A DNA stretch of 64,000 bases from Polyangiales bacterium (GTDB lineage Bacteria > Myxococcota_A > Polyangia > Polyangiales > Ga0077539). The notes beneath the pieces are model-generated. The model did not search any database. It was not told the origin of the DNA and saw nothing but the letters and a program-made list of their open reading frames with translations. The DNA is taken from NCBI GenBank assembly GCA_046351515.1, contig JAXLYJ010000005.1, positions 114,892 through 178,891 of the forward strand. Reading direction: 5' to 3'. A program made the translations under genes and the position numbers. Positions 63,368 through 64,000 of this stretch are shown here, one piece after another; position 1 is the stretch's first letter; every line of letters begins with the position of its first letter.

Positions 63368-63985
63368 TCAGTCCCGTTGTGCGCGGGCTCTGTGCGCGGG
63401 CTTGGGCGGCTCGAGTCCGCCGCGCAACAGCTGGATCAACCCGCGGACGAAGGTCGCTTCGGGAAGCGACATCGCGCGGGGGTCGGGCTGCATGTAGCGA
63501 TTGAACGCGTAGTTGTGGATCGCGCCGAGAAACGTGTACGCGAGCACCTCGGCGTCCGTCGGGGCGATACGGCCGAGCCGCGCTTCGGCCTCGAAATACG
63601 CGGCGAGCGCGCGCTCGGTCTGGCGCTTTCCGTCGATGCCTTCGCCGTGCGAGCGCTGCTCTTCGCTGCGGTTGGCGGCGAACATGAGCAGCGGCATCAG
63701 CTCGTGCATGAACTCGAGGATCTCGTGCGCGAGCGACGTGAGCTCGTCGAACACGTCGCCGCGGCCCACGCGCGCTTCGAGCCGCTCTCTCCAAACGGGG
63801 CGCAAGGTCAGCAGCGCCGCGCGAAACAGCTTCTGCTTGGTGCCGAAGCGGTGAAACAGCGTCCCTTCGCTCACGCCCGCGCGCTCGGCGATCTCTGCGG
63901 TCGTCGTGGACGCGCCGCGCTCGCGGATCACCGCGCGCGTCGCGTCGAGCAACGTCTCGTCAGCGATGGATTGCGGTCTTGCCAT
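63368..63985 (-). CDS. TetR-family transcriptional regulator
   Basis: N-terminal HTH TTAEIAERAGVSEGTLFHRFGTK typical of TetR. 205 aa. Divergent from the efflux operon. Confidence 0.8.
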   Translation of the reverse strand: MARPQSIADETLLDATRAVIRERGASTTTAEIAERAGVSEGTLFHRFGTKQKLFRAALLTLRPVWRERLEARVGRGDVFDELTSLAHEILEFMHELMPLLMFAANRSEEQRSHGEGIDGKRQTERALAAYFEAEARLGRIAPTDAEVLAYTFLGAIHNYAFNRYMQPDPRAMSLPEATFVRGLIQLLRGGLEPPKPAHRARAQRD

Positions 63986-64000
63986 GAGCGACCTCGAGCG

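Overview
This 64 kb window is about 70% GC and is densely coding on both strands. The gene content suggests a Myxococcota-type genome (Sorangium- or Polyangium-like). Evidence is an ORF with a GCACS-type MYXO-CTERM sorting tail, a lipoprotein built from Myxococcus-type cysteine-rich repeats, and multiple eukaryotic-like Ser/Thr kinases. The six-frame track is dominated by long Arg/Ala-rich antisense artefacts of the high GC. I called genes only where the translation carries recognisable motifs.

Main content, left to right:
- a translationally coupled pair of M16 peptidases
- a delta-9-type membrane desaturase
- a metallophosphoesterase
- an archaemetzincin-like Zn protease
- a lipase and a DAGK-like lipid kinase
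- a PAS hybrid histidine kinase whose stop codon overlaps the start of a Ser/Thr kinase-REC fusion
- maleylacetoacetate isomerase
- a roughly 500 bp nested inverted-repeat element
- a DUF2330-like protein, SelB and a GH1 beta-glucosidase
- a collinear five-gene cluster: radical SAM/SPASM enzyme, Tat-lipoprotein with seven P-x-x-C-L repeats, B12-radical SAM fused to a PCMT-like methyltransferase, AMP-ligase, and a VKOR-DsbA fusion
- an AddAB-like helicase-nuclease pair
- an SDR oxidoreductase and a giant Ser/Thr kinase-AAA-TPR protein
- an OmpA-TSP3 protein, and Cys-rich secreted lipoproteins flanked by TlpA-like thioredoxins
- phosphatidylserine decarboxylase coupled to a methyltransferase
- a TolC/FtsX-permease/ABC-ATPase/HlyD efflux operon with a TetR regulator

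The radical SAM / Cys-repeat lipoprotein cluster is the best candidate for an undescribed peptide or protein modification system. Four genes show apparent 1-nt frameshifts. No rRNA, tRNA or CRISPR array was recognised.
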